DNA from: Candidatus Iainarchaeum sp.
GTDB taxonomy: Archaea > Iainarchaeota > Iainarchaeia > Iainarchaeales > JAXPJC01
Reading direction: 5' to 3'
Length of the DNA: 64,000 bases
Assembly (NCBI GenBank): GCA_016187745.1
Contig: JACPJC010000005.1
Coordinates: 27,220-91,219 of the forward strand
The stretch's first letter is position 1. The number at the start of each line of letters is the position of its first letter. The notes under the pieces are model-generated. The model saw only the letters and a list, made by a program, of their open reading frames with translations. It ran no database searches and was not told the origin of the DNA. The translations under genes were made by a program, and so were the position numbers. Positions 17,076 through 26,328 of this stretch are shown here, one piece after another.

Positions 17076-18662
17076 ATGGACGAAGAAATTGCCCATTATT
17101 CAAGGCAGATAATTTCCGAAATTATCTCCGGGAAGATTGCTGATTTGAAGCGGCTGAATGAAAGGAAAATGCAATTAAGCAGGGAGCTGATGATTCCCCG
17201 GCTTCCGAAAAACCCGGACATACTCGCATACGCAAAGAAAAAAACCCCGAAATTGATTTCCTTCCTCGGGATAAAGCCCGTTCGCACGCTTTCAGGGATT
17301 GCTGTTGTAGCGGTAATGCCGGCTCCGCAGGAATGCCCGGGAAAATGCATTTACTGCCCCTCAGGAAGGGCCTTCAATAAAAACTCCCCGAAAAGCTACA
17401 CAGGATTTGAGCCCGCAACAATGCGCGCTCTCCGCGCGGATTTTGACGCATTTGAGCAGACTTCCGGGCGCATAAAGCAATTGCAGATCACAGGCCACAA
17501 AACTGACAAAATAGAATTGATTGTCATGGGCGGAACTTTTCCGGCTTGCAGATTTTCCTACCAAAAAAAATTCATAAAGGAATGCACCGATGCAATAACG
17601 GGCAAAAAGTCCCGCGACTTGCAGCAGGCGCAGAAGAATGCGGAAACCTCAAAACAGCGCCTAATTGGAATTACATTTGAAACAAGGCCTGATTACTGCA
17701 AGCAGAAGGAAATTAAAAACATGCTTGCATTGGGCGCAACGCGAGTTGAATTGGGCGTGCAGAACATCGATGATGAAATTTACAGGAAAATAGGCAGAAA
17801 CCACAGCGTTGAAGATGTAATAAATGCAACGCAGCTGCTGAAGGATTCCGCGCTGAAAGTCTGCTATCACATGATGCCAGGCCTGCCCGGCAGCACTTAC
17901 AAAAAGGATTTGCATGCGTTCAGGGAAATTTTTACAAATCCGAATTTCAGTCCGGATATGCTCAAAATCTACCCCTGCATTGTGGTAAAGGGCACAAAAC
18001 TATATGATTTGTGGAAGAAGGGAGCATACAACCCTTACACAACAGAACAGGCAGCAAAACTGATTTCAGAAATAAAGCCCCTTGTTCCCAGATGGATGAG
18101 GATTATGCGCATCCAGCGCGACATTCCACTGCATAAGATCTCCGCGGGCGTTGCCCAGAGCAATTTGAGGCAGATTGTGAAGCGCAAAATGCGCGCAAAA
18201 AGCGCAAAATGCAGATGCATACGCTGCAGGGAGGCTGGCCAGCGCAGCTATCTTGAGAACGAATTTGCCGATATGGAAAAAATAAAAATCCTTTCCGAAA
18301 CCTACAGCGCAAGCAATGGCGAGGAAATCTTCATTTCAGCCGAGGACACAAAAAGGGATTTGCTCCTTGGATTCTGCAGATTGCGCATTCCAAATGCGCC
18401 ATTCATCAAACCACTTACCGAACATACTGCGCTTGTAAGGGAGCTGCACGTTTATGGCGAGCTTCTCGGATTGGGGGAGAAAAAGCCAGGCGCCTATCAG
18501 CACAAGGGCTTTGGGAAGGCGCTCCTGCAGGAGGCCGAGCGAATTGCAAATGCGCAGTATGGCATGGAAAGAATTGCAGTAATGTCCGGAATCGGCGCAA
18601 GGCAGTACTATAAAAAATTGGGTTATTCCCTTGAAGCGCCCTATGTGCTCAAATCCCCATAA
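17076..18662 (+). CDS. elp3: Elp3-like tRNA uridine(34) modification enzyme (radical SAM + GNAT/HAT domain)
   Basis: CIYCPSG radical-SAM-type cysteine cluster near residue 100. C-terminal acetyltransferase motif HKGFGKALLQEAERIA. About 530 aa, as in archaeal Elp3. ATG at 17076. Confidence 0.8.
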   Translation: MDEEIAHYSRQIISEIISGKIADLKRLNERKMQLSRELMIPRLPKNPDILAYAKKKTPKLISFLGIKPVRTLSGIAVVAVMPAPQECPGKCIYCPSGRAFNKNSPKSYTGFEPATMRALRADFDAFEQTSGRIKQLQITGHKTDKIELIVMGGTFPACRFSYQKKFIKECTDAITGKKSRDLQQAQKNAETSKQRLIGITFETRPDYCKQKEIKNMLALGATRVELGVQNIDDEIYRKIGRNHSVEDVINATQLLKDSALKVCYHMMPGLPGSTYKKDLHAFREIFTNPNFSPDMLKIYPCIVVKGTKLYDLWKKGAYNPYTTEQAAKLISEIKPLVPRWMRIMRIQRDIPLHKISAGVAQSNLRQIVKRKMRAKSAKCRCIRCREAGQRSYLENEFADMEKIKILSETYSASNGEEIFISAEDTKRDLLLGFCRLRIPNAPFIKPLTEHTALVRELHVYGELLGLGEKKPGAYQHKGFGKALLQEAERIANAQYGMERIAVMSGIGARQYYKKLGYSLEAPYVLKSP

Positions 18663-18714
18663 TATCCTACTAATTTATATATAATAATTATAGTATTATT
18701 ATAGAGGCAATTTT

Positions 18715-19062
18715 ATGGGAAAGGCACTGGTAGCAACCCTTGGCGCTGGAAGGGGGACATGGGGCCATGTTGCAAGGCTCATTGCTACAGAGGAATGGGA
18801 TTCTATTCTGCTGGTTTCAAATGAATGGGCCAAGGAGAAGTTCGCCCCCGCAAAGGAAGTGGAATGGATTCTCCTGAACAACCGCGCTGGCTTTGACATT
18901 ATAAAAGACACAATAAAGGAAAAGCTTCCTAAAGGAGAAATTGCAATAAGCATGGCATCCGGCGCGGGAAAAGAGCACATGGCGCTTATTGCTGCGCTGA
19001 ATGAAACAAACCGCACTTACACGATCGTTACGCTCACAAAGAATGGCTTAAAGTATTATTGA
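18715..19062 (+). CDS. small Rossmann-like protein with a CARF-like signature (candidate stand-alone ligand-sensing domain)
   Basis: 115 aa. N-terminal strand plus Gly loop LVATLGAGRGTW. Later ISMASGAGKEHMALIAAL resembles the CARF (D/N)-x-T-G-G-T-K-x-M...AA motif. Tentative. Confidence 0.3.
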   Translation: MGKALVATLGAGRGTWGHVARLIATEEWDSILLVSNEWAKEKFAPAKEVEWILLNNRAGFDIIKDTIKEKLPKGEIAISMASGAGKEHMALIAALNETNRTYTIVTLTKNGLKYY

Positions 19063-19091
19063 GTTTATTAAGCATTTAGGAAACTCCCGAT

Positions 19092-19451
19092 ATGTTTGAG
19101 TATGTTCTATTAGTTATTGTGGCAATTCTGGCAATCTTCCTTATTTTCCTATACAAGAAATCAAAGTCCCTTGAATTCCGGCTTTCAGAGCTCGGCTTCA
19201 GGAAGGCATCGCAATCAGTGAAATACGGCAAGCTTACGGAGCAGTGGATTCCGATGAGCAGGGATTTCCCCTACAACCCGAATGATTTCAGGTTCATTGG
19301 CAGCCCCATTGACGGAATTGTTTTTGACGATTCGGAAATAGTTTTCTGCGAATTCAAGGCAGCAAATTCGCAGCTCAACGAAAACCAGAAGCGCATCAAG
19401 CAGCAAGTGGAAAACAAGAAAGTGAAATGGCTCGAATTTAGGGCTGAATAG
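19092..19451 (+). CDS. membrane-anchored Hjc-like PD-(D/E)xK nuclease-fold protein
   Basis: 119 aa. N-terminal TM helix (YVLLVIVAILAIFLIFLY). The remainder aligns by eye to Hjc: ELGF / GSPIDGIVFDD / IVFCEFKA against KHGF / GSKKVDLVA / YLCIEVK. 29 nt downstream of the CARF-like gene on the same strand. Confidence 0.4.
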   Translation: MFEYVLLVIVAILAIFLIFLYKKSKSLEFRLSELGFRKASQSVKYGKLTEQWIPMSRDFPYNPNDFRFIGSPIDGIVFDDSEIVFCEFKAANSQLNENQKRIKQQVENKKVKWLEFRAE

Positions 19452-19485
19452 GAAATGCCACAAGTATTTTTTTATTTTATGTCCA

Positions 19486-20046
19486 TCAGGCTAAATTTCT
19501 CCTGAGCAGTATCATTACAGGAAGGTCATTTTTATGTTGTTTTCTGAGCATTTGCCTTATTTCTGGCAGCGCTGGCAATTCATCACGCAGCCCAATGCCA
19601 AGAATTCCTTTTAATTCTATTTCACAATGCTTGTCAACCTTCCATCCAAGCCCAAGAAGTGTATTAATAACAGATTTTTTTGTAGTATTTACAATAGCTT
19701 CTTCACCGCCCTTTTCCTTTATTATAAATTCCATTAATCTAAAGCACAACCTTCCGAGATTCAAACCTCGAGATACAGGCATTATTTCCCTGTGGTTAAT
19801 ATTCCATTCTTTATTATCAAGAGTTATTGCATTAAATACTGCAATTTCTTTTTTTGTCTTATCACTCAATCTCAAGCCAATGGCTCTATCAGACCCGCTA
19901 CGAATATCATTTGCAAAAATTCTTTCATCCCCCATGATTATATATTCACCTCTCCGCATTTCTCTAAAACTCGGGCTTCCTTTAGCGCGCCTGACCTTCC
20001 ATTCCTTTGGAATGTTTTTGTAAAATCTTTCATATGGCATATTCAC
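19486..20046 (-). CDS. hypothetical protein in a low-GC islet, ATGA-coupled to the 3' end of pelota
   Basis: 186-aa ORF in markedly AT-rich DNA (about 19480-20040). Its start overlaps the pelota stop. No family recognised. Confidence 0.4.
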   Translation of the reverse strand: MNMPYERFYKNIPKEWKVRRAKGSPSFREMRRGEYIIMGDERIFANDIRSGSDRAIGLRLSDKTKKEIAVFNAITLDNKEWNINHREIMPVSRGLNLGRLCFRLMEFIIKEKGGEEAIVNTTKKSVINTLLGLGWKVDKHCEIELKGILGIGLRDELPALPEIRQMLRKQHKNDLPVMILLRRNLA

Positions 20047-21086
20047 TCAACCCTGAACCTCAGGAGCGCTGCAATCCCTGTAAGCCCCTGCAGCTGCTTT
20101 CCCGCATCGCCCTCAGCGCTTATTATATGGACCTCGGCATTTGTTTTTTCCGCGCTTTCCATGAGCGCTTCCATTTTTTCCCGCTCCGCAAACAATTTCT
20201 CGTCAGTTATGAGAATTTTCTTGACAGCGCCGTAATTTATTGCATTCTGCACTTCCTTCTCCCCATAGGCAACAAGCCCCGAATTCTTTGCAAGCTCCTC
20301 GTATAATTTTGAAATGTTCCTGATTTCCTCCGCAACCGCAGTTTCCTTCAGCACGCTTTCAATAAGCCCAGACTTTACTGCCTCATTCAGCCCGGTTTCC
20401 CCCACAGAATTTGTTGCGCCCCAAACAATATCAAATTTCGCGCCTTTCTCCTCCAGATATTTCTCAAAATCCTCCTTCGCGAATCCCGGCCCCGCAACGA
20501 TTATCTTATCCGCCTTTATTTCGGAAATTTTTTTGAGTAGTTCTGAAAAATACTTTTTCTGTGCATCTTCTGTTGCGTATCTTTTCCCTGATTTTCCCGC
20601 GTGCATTTTCAGCTTGTGCTCCAGCCCGAACTGCTTCACAAGCGCAAAGTCCGCCTGCTCATCATCCATTACCAGCAAAAGCAATTGAGGTATTTTTGTC
20701 GCCTGCTCCGCCTTCTTCAGGCGCGCAATCTGATACTGCTTCAGCTTCAGTTTTTTTATTTTTATCGGCTCGTTCAAAATTATTTCAAGAGTATGGGAAC
20801 TCCCAAGCGGGGCAACATCCTCGGGCTTTGCATATTTCACAGTCCCCGAGGCGCGCAATTGCTTTGAATACTTGTGGAACTCAACCTTCTGGACGGCAAT
20901 TTCAAGGAAAAACTTCTCCCTCTTGCTTTCAGCGCCTTCATTTTCACTAACCCTGATTTTCCTAGTGCTTGCTCCGCTGAGCACATCATTCGGCTCAATT
21001 ATCCTCTCAAGATGCCAGAGGTCATCAATTGTCTGCGGCACAACCTGCAGGAAATTCTCCCCTGCATCAATCTTCAGAATGCGCAT
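20043..21086 (-). CDS. pelA: Pelota (Dom34 homolog), ribosome rescue factor
   Basis: 347 aa. N-terminal Pelota domain, central and C-terminal eRF1-like domains including the AGPGFAKEDF motif. Confidence 0.8.
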   Translation of the reverse strand: MRILKIDAGENFLQVVPQTIDDLWHLERIIEPNDVLSGASTRKIRVSENEGAESKREKFFLEIAVQKVEFHKYSKQLRASGTVKYAKPEDVAPLGSSHTLEIILNEPIKIKKLKLKQYQIARLKKAEQATKIPQLLLLVMDDEQADFALVKQFGLEHKLKMHAGKSGKRYATEDAQKKYFSELLKKISEIKADKIIVAGPGFAKEDFEKYLEEKGAKFDIVWGATNSVGETGLNEAVKSGLIESVLKETAVAEEIRNISKLYEELAKNSGLVAYGEKEVQNAINYGAVKKILITDEKLFAEREKMEALMESAEKTNAEVHIISAEGDAGKQLQGLTGIAALLRFRVE

Positions 21087-21138
21087 AGATATGTTATGCA
21101 GATACTGCTTTTTAACTATTTTTACCCCCCTTCAATAT

Positions 21139-22932
21139 ATGCCAAAGCAGAAAGAGCGCAGGATACGCATTGCGGTAATCGACTATGACAAGTGCAAGCC
21201 CGAGCTGTGCAGCTACTTGTGCCAGAAATCCTGCCCCGGGGTTAGGATGGGCCAGGACACGGTTTTGATAAATGAGCTTACAAAAAAGCCGGTAATTTCG
21301 GAGGAACTCTGCACTGGCTGCGAAATCTGCCTGCACCGCTGCCCCACAAAGGCAATAACAATAATCAACCTCGCAACAGAGCTTGCAAATCCCCTTCACC
21401 AATACGGGGAAAATTCCTTCAGGCTCTACCGCCTGCCGCTTCCGAAGGAAAATTCAATTGTCGGAATCATAGGGAAGAACGCAGTAGGAAAATCCACAGC
21501 GCTCAATATAATTTCTGGGCTGCTGGTTCCAAATTTGGGCAATTACAGGAGCGCTTCCCAAAATTATGACGCTGCAATTGCGCAGTTCAAGGGCAATGAG
21601 CTGCAGGGCTTTTTCCAGAAACTGAAATCAAGTGGCATAAAAATTTCCAACAAGCCGCAGAACATAACTGAAATCCAGAAGATTGCAGAGGGGAAAGTCC
21701 AGGATTTGCTGAAAAAGGCGGACGGGAGAAATGCGCTTCACGAAATAATTGAGCAGATGAATCTGCATCCGCTATTGCAGCGCAATCTCTCAGAGCTTTC
21801 AGGGGGGGAGCTCCAAAAGGTCGCAATTGCGGCATGCGCACTGAAGCTTGCCGACATATACGCATTTGATGAGCCCACCTCCTATTTGGATGTTTCAGAG
21901 CGCCTCAAAATGGCAGTTTTATTGCGCTCACTGGCGGAGCAGGGAAAAAGCATTATTGTAATCGAACACGACCTTGCAGTTCTGGATTATCTGAGCGATT
22001 ATGTGCACATCCTTTATGGAAGCCCCGGCGCATATGGAATTGCCTCAAACCCCAAATCCTCAAAGGAAGGGATAAATGAATTCCTGCAGGGCTTTATTGC
22101 AGATGAGAACATCCGCTTCAGGGAAAAGGAACTGCACTTTGATGTGAAGCCCGCATCAAAGGGGCGCAAAAGCAAAATTATTGCAGAATATCCCGCGCTT
22201 GACAAGAAATTCCAAAATTTCTCCCTTTCCGCAGAATCCGGCAATCTCTATGAGGGGGAAGTAATTGGGATTTTAGGCGCAAATGCAACAGGCAAAACAA
22301 CCTTTGTGAAAATGCTCGCAGGCCTGCTCCAAGCGGACAACTGCCAAATAAATTTAAAATTGAAGGTTTCCTACAAGCCACAGTATCTGCAGGCGGAGCA
22401 GGGAATTAGTGTGGGGGAGGCATTTGAAAAGGCGCAAATAGATGCGCGGATATTTGAAAGCGAGATTGACAAGAAACTTAACATAAGTGCGCTTTATGAC
22501 AAGAAGCTCCCGGAACTTTCAGGGGGAGAACTGCAAAAAGTTGCTGTTTCACTCTGCTTGTCTAGAAATGACGCTGATTTATTCCTTCTTGATGAGCCAA
22601 GCGCATTCATTGATGTTGAGGACCGCCTGAAAATTGCGGATGTCATAAAAAGTGTTGTTGACAAGAACGACAAGATTGCAATGGTTGTAGACCATGACAT
22701 CATCTTCCAGGATTACATTTCAAACCGCCTTGTTGTATTTTCCGGAATTCCCGGAAACAACGGAAATGCCTCCCCCCCGATGAGCATGCATGAGGGCATG
22801 AATGCATTCCTGAAAGGCCTTGGAATTACCTTCAGGCGCGACCCCGCAACAGGAAGGCCGCGCGCAAACAAGCCGGATTCAGTGAAGGACGCGGAGCAGA
22901 AAAAGAAAGGTGAATACTATTATACATTCTAA
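21139..22932 (+). CDS. abcE1: ABCE1 / RNase L inhibitor (RLI) ribosome-recycling ATPase
   Basis: N-terminal 4Fe-4S ferredoxin cysteines (CKPELCSYLCQKSCP...CTGCEICLHRCP), then two ABC cassettes (GKNAVGKST, LSGGELQKV twice, DEPTS). Start at ATG 21139; the track ORF starts spuriously at 20872. Divergent from pelota. Confidence 0.85.
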   Translation: MPKQKERRIRIAVIDYDKCKPELCSYLCQKSCPGVRMGQDTVLINELTKKPVISEELCTGCEICLHRCPTKAITIINLATELANPLHQYGENSFRLYRLPLPKENSIVGIIGKNAVGKSTALNIISGLLVPNLGNYRSASQNYDAAIAQFKGNELQGFFQKLKSSGIKISNKPQNITEIQKIAEGKVQDLLKKADGRNALHEIIEQMNLHPLLQRNLSELSGGELQKVAIAACALKLADIYAFDEPTSYLDVSERLKMAVLLRSLAEQGKSIIVIEHDLAVLDYLSDYVHILYGSPGAYGIASNPKSSKEGINEFLQGFIADENIRFREKELHFDVKPASKGRKSKIIAEYPALDKKFQNFSLSAESGNLYEGEVIGILGANATGKTTFVKMLAGLLQADNCQINLKLKVSYKPQYLQAEQGISVGEAFEKAQIDARIFESEIDKKLNISALYDKKLPELSGGELQKVAVSLCLSRNDADLFLLDEPSAFIDVEDRLKIADVIKSVVDKNDKIAMVVDHDIIFQDYISNRLVVFSGIPGNNGNASPPMSMHEGMNAFLKGLGITFRRDPATGRPRANKPDSVKDAEQKKKGEYYYTF

Positions 22933-22941
22933 ATGAAAAAT

Positions 22942-23307
22942 TTAGCCGCGGTATTGTTGTGATATTTGTTTGGCGTCTAGGTAGATTTTATTTCTGAATC
23001 CTACTAATTCTCCCAGCCTTGTTAATTGTTCCTCATCCAGGGGTTTATGCTCCTTTAAAATTGCTTTAAGAAGAGGTATACCGTGAGCCTTTCTTTCAGC
23101 CCCCGCATACATTTGGCTATTTTTCCCGACTAACTCCCCAAAACGTTGCAATTCCGGAGGTTCTAGGTATCCACGCCCATCTTGAACCGCAAATAAGGCA
23201 TTAAGGTTTATTTGCTCTTCTCTAGTTCTTACAACGGCTTTTGGTACTTCATGGCTTCGCTTTTTCCACTTCAGCAGCCACCCCCTAACGGCCCCTATAT
23301 TTGCCAT
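22942..23307 (-). CDS. hypothetical protein with an internal repeat (LQRFGELVGKNSQMY / LTRLGELVGFRNKIY)
   Basis: 121-aa ORF in a moderately AT-rich stretch. No family recognised. Confidence 0.35.
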   Translation of the reverse strand: MANIGAVRGWLLKWKKRSHEVPKAVVRTREEQINLNALFAVQDGRGYLEPPELQRFGELVGKNSQMYAGAERKAHGIPLLKAILKEHKPLDEEQLTRLGELVGFRNKIYLDAKQISQQYRG

Positions 23308-23432
23308 ATAATAACCTCATTTCCGAGCAAGTTTTAAACCAAACGAATTTCACTGGTTTTAACCGGTGGCGTGAGTGTAATTCCCAACTATCAAAAACCA
23401 TATGCCGCTGACTTCAGTCAGTGGTGATTGAC

Positions 23433-23717
23433 TCATACAGGCCTGGGCCCGGATTTGCGGATTGTTCTTTGCATTTTTTTATATTTTAGTGCTTTTATTA
23501 AAACATTTCTGTAGGCCCTACTTCCCCTTCCAAGCAAAGACCTAAGGTCCCTCCATTGCTCTTTTTCCAAATAACCTTGAATTCTGAATGCCCTCAACAG
23601 CATATTGCGCAATAATTGTTGTTCTTTAGTCAGAGCCATCATCATACCCTTGAAAGTTTCGTAACCAGTCTCATCAAATCCTTCCCGTAAATGCGCCCAA
23701 TGCTGCCCCCTGCGCAT
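23433..23717 (-). CDS. hypothetical basic protein (doubtful; overlaps the 3' end of apgM out of frame)
   Basis: 94-aa ORF overlapping 76 nt of apgM. May be spurious. Confidence 0.2.
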   Translation of the reverse strand: MRRGQHWAHLREGFDETGYETFKGMMMALTKEQQLLRNMLLRAFRIQGYLEKEQWRDLRSLLGRGSRAYRNVLIKALKYKKMQRTIRKSGPRPV

Positions 23718-24733
23718 GCGCTTTCCGAAAATTCCCCAATCCCATCGCCTCTAATCCCTGCTCCGCTGATCAATACTGGAACAGGGTCCGCGGAATGGCG
23801 CTTCAGCGCGCAGGGAGTTGAATGGTCCGCAGTAATGCAAATCAGCGCATTTTTCTCCTTCACAAGCGGAGCAAGCATTCTATCAATTTTCTCAATCGCC
23901 TTTTTCTTTGCAAGCGCATCCCCATTATGCCCGAGCTTGGCAGGCCCCTTTATCTGCACATAAATATTTGTTCTGCAATTCACTATCTGCCTGACTTCAT
24001 CCCTGCCGCGCCTTATTACTTTCATCCCCAGAAACTTTCCCAGTCCGATTTCAACAGGCATATCCGCAATAATGCCCCAATTATGCATTTTTTTCACATT
24101 CCCCGGCTTTTTCCCCGCATCCCTCAGGAGAATAGTCCCGTTATGCATAATCCTCTCTGCATTTGCAATGAATTTGTTTATCCTTTTGCAGGTTTTTATC
24201 TCCCCCCTGCAAATCCTCTCTATCTTTGTCCGTGTAACCGCGCGCGAAATGCTCCCGTATTTCTCATATCCCGGATGCGTGTTTGAAACATCCTCAGAGG
24301 CGTTTTTCACAATCATAACCGCGCGGTAATCAATTGTCGGGATTATCCTTATTTCAGGGTCAATCATGTTCAGCCTTTCAATAATTCCCCTTGGCGGGAT
24401 TTTCATCCTCACATCAATAATTTTTTTTCCCCTGACCTTTGCAAAATTGCACCTTATTGCGATTTCCCCCCTCTTCAATTTATATCCGATTCCAAGCGCT
24501 TCCAGGGGCCCGCGCCTCGGGCAGGAATTCAAATCATATCCTAGAATCGCATACTGCGCCGCCCCTGATTCAGGCGCAATCCCTTTTATCGGCTGCATTA
24601 TTCCAAGTTTTGCGCGGGATGCAAGCGCATTCAGATTCGGCTTTCCCGCAGCCCCAAGCGGGGTTTTGTTCCCCAATTCCGCAATTGGCAGATCCCCTAT
24701 CCCGTCAAGTATTATCAGGATAATTTTTTTCAT
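23642..24733 (-). CDS. apgM: 2,3-bisphosphoglycerate-independent phosphoglycerate mutase, archaeal type
   Basis: N-terminal IILIILDGIGD metal-site motif typical of ApgM (alkaline-phosphatase superfamily). 363 aa, slightly short of the usual ~400. Confidence 0.7.
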   Translation of the reverse strand: MKKIILIILDGIGDLPIAELGNKTPLGAAGKPNLNALASRAKLGIMQPIKGIAPESGAAQYAILGYDLNSCPRRGPLEALGIGYKLKRGEIAIRCNFAKVRGKKIIDVRMKIPPRGIIERLNMIDPEIRIIPTIDYRAVMIVKNASEDVSNTHPGYEKYGSISRAVTRTKIERICRGEIKTCKRINKFIANAERIMHNGTILLRDAGKKPGNVKKMHNWGIIADMPVEIGLGKFLGMKVIRRGRDEVRQIVNCRTNIYVQIKGPAKLGHNGDALAKKKAIEKIDRMLAPLVKEKNALICITADHSTPCALKRHSADPVPVLISGAGIRGDGIGEFSESACAGGSIGRIYGKDLMRLVTKLSRV

Positions 24734-25098
24734 TCCACCACTTCAACCTTTTCCCCTTTCCCTTTTACATTAAATGCCCTTGTGCTATTTAAATTATAGG
24801 GGTGCGCCATGATGATGTGCAATTCCCCGAACTGCGCAAAGCTTGAAATATCCGCGGAAGACGGAAAATTATAATTCCCGGGGTGGGAATGCGCGCTCCC
24901 CGCAATCCTTGAATCAAACGGGACCAGCCAGGTTTTTATGAGCGTTGAAGTTCTCCCATATTCCGCAGGCACAACAATAATTTCATCAATGATTTTTTCC
25001 CTTTTATTTCCCCCGAGAAGCGCGAAGAACTCATCCGGATATGCATTCCTTGCGGCCTCAAGCAAATCCATCAGAACAGCCCTTTTTATGCGCCACAT
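24730..25098 (-). CDS. JAMM/MPN+ metalloprotease-like protein (archaeal JAB1/desampylase type)
   Basis: JAMM motif HSHPGNYNFPSSADI (H-x-H-x7-S-x2-D) with an upstream Glu. 122 aa. Confidence 0.7.
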   Translation of the reverse strand: MWRIKRAVLMDLLEAARNAYPDEFFALLGGNKREKIIDEIIVVPAEYGRTSTLIKTWLVPFDSRIAGSAHSHPGNYNFPSSADISSFAQFGELHIIMAHPYNLNSTRAFNVKGKGEKVEVVE

Positions 25099-25113
25099 GC
25101 CAATAACTATAAT

Positions 25114-26328
25114 TCACAAACCCAGATAAAACAGCATTGTAGGCAGCATCAGAAATGCCATTGCGTTTGTGCGCTTTGTCCCTGTTGCAATCGGTATCAG
25201 CCCAATGCTAGTTGCAATTGCGCATATGAACAGCCCAAAAGGCCCGGAAAGCAGCAATACCAGAACGAGCAGTACAGCAAGGACAATCGCATTAAGCGCC
25301 TTGTAATTCAGGTTCTGCACTCCATTTACAAGCGCCTTCGCAAGAATGCCTGTTGCCAAAAAGGCAATTCCTGCAACAAAAACGCACACAAGCGCAATAA
25401 TTATTATTTGTTCAGCCTGCAGATTGATGATTTGCGCAATTGCCGCAGCGCTTCCGGTTCGGGTTTTTCCAAGCGCAAACAGCACAAAAAAGCCGAATAT
25501 CATATTGCTTGTTGAAATTCCCCCGAGCATCACAAGATATTTGGAAGTGCTGATTTTCCCAAGCAGCTTGCGCAGAATGAATGCGGCCTCATTCGGCCCT
25601 ATGCTTGGCAGCAAAGCCACAAGGCCTCCCGCAACAGCGCTAAGGAAACTCCCGTGCAGGACCATTTTTTTGCTGTAGTTTGAGGATTCAATCACCTGTC
25701 TTGGAATAGTGGAATTGTTTTTCAGGCTGAAAAGAAGGTTGCTGATTCCGAAAAAGCCCGTAATCAGCGGAAAGAGCGCATTGCCCATTGAAAAATTGCG
25801 CAAAATATACAGGCCCATGATTCCCGAAAGCGCAATTACAGCAAGCGCCCAGAGTTTTTTGCAAATGTTTTTTTCCGAATGCACCATCAGGATAAGCACA
25901 AGCCCCAGCAGATAGGGGATTGCAATTGTTATCAACGGAATGAATTTTGCAATGAAAACCAGGAACAGCGGGGCAAGCAAAAGCGCAAAAATTGCCCCGA
26001 AAAAGCATCCGAGCGAAGTCAGCTTTATCGCCTTGTATCCCAGGCCTTTAAGCAGCATCCTGTGCCCTGGAAGCACTGAAAGGAAGGAATTCTCATCAGG
26101 CGCCCCGAGAAGGATTCCTGTAACAAAATCCACAAAGCTGTGCATTACGCTCATCGCAACAATCAGCAGCACCAAATTGAAATCCCCCAAGGCCGCAAAA
26201 AGCAAGAGAACCGCAGAAACAGTATTTATGTGAATTCCCGGCGCAATTCCCGTGAATATCCCTATAATGCATCCGGCAAGGACATAAAGCAATTCAATCA
26301 TTTTCCGCAGCTTCCAGCTTCTGCTCAA
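25114..26328 (-). CDS. TctA-family / DUF112 polytopic membrane protein (putative transporter)
   Basis: 404 aa with more than 10 predicted TM helices. N-terminal GIFTGIAPGIHINT resembles the TctA/DUF112 signature. Confidence 0.5.
   Translation of the reverse strand: MSRSWKLRKMIELLYVLAGCIIGIFTGIAPGIHINTVSAVLLLFAALGDFNLVLLIVAMSVMHSFVDFVTGILLGAPDENSFLSVLPGHRMLLKGLGYKAIKLTSLGCFFGAIFALLLAPLFLVFIAKFIPLITIAIPYLLGLVLILMVHSEKNICKKLWALAVIALSGIMGLYILRNFSMGNALFPLITGFFGISNLLFSLKNNSTIPRQVIESSNYSKKMVLHGSFLSAVAGGLVALLPSIGPNEAAFILRKLLGKISTSKYLVMLGGISTSNMIFGFFVLFALGKTRTGSAAAIAQIINLQAEQIIIIALVCVFVAGIAFLATGILAKALVNGVQNLNYKALNAIVLAVLLVLVLLLSGPFGLFICAIATSIGLIPIATGTKRTNAMAFLMLPTMLFYLGL

Noticed and set aside
20872-21138. 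Long N-terminal extension of the ABCE1 ORF (track start 20872)
   Set aside because: It overlaps pelota on the opposite strand. The ferredoxin-domain N-terminus typical of ABCE1 begins at the ATG at 21139.
23308-23432. Possible C/D-box sRNA or tRNA in the spacer between the two small ORFs (CTGA / GTGATTGA elements, hairpin CTGACTTCAGTCAG)
   Set aside because: The boxes do not match RUGAUGA/CUGA in the right order or spacing, and no terminal stem was found. Left unannotated.
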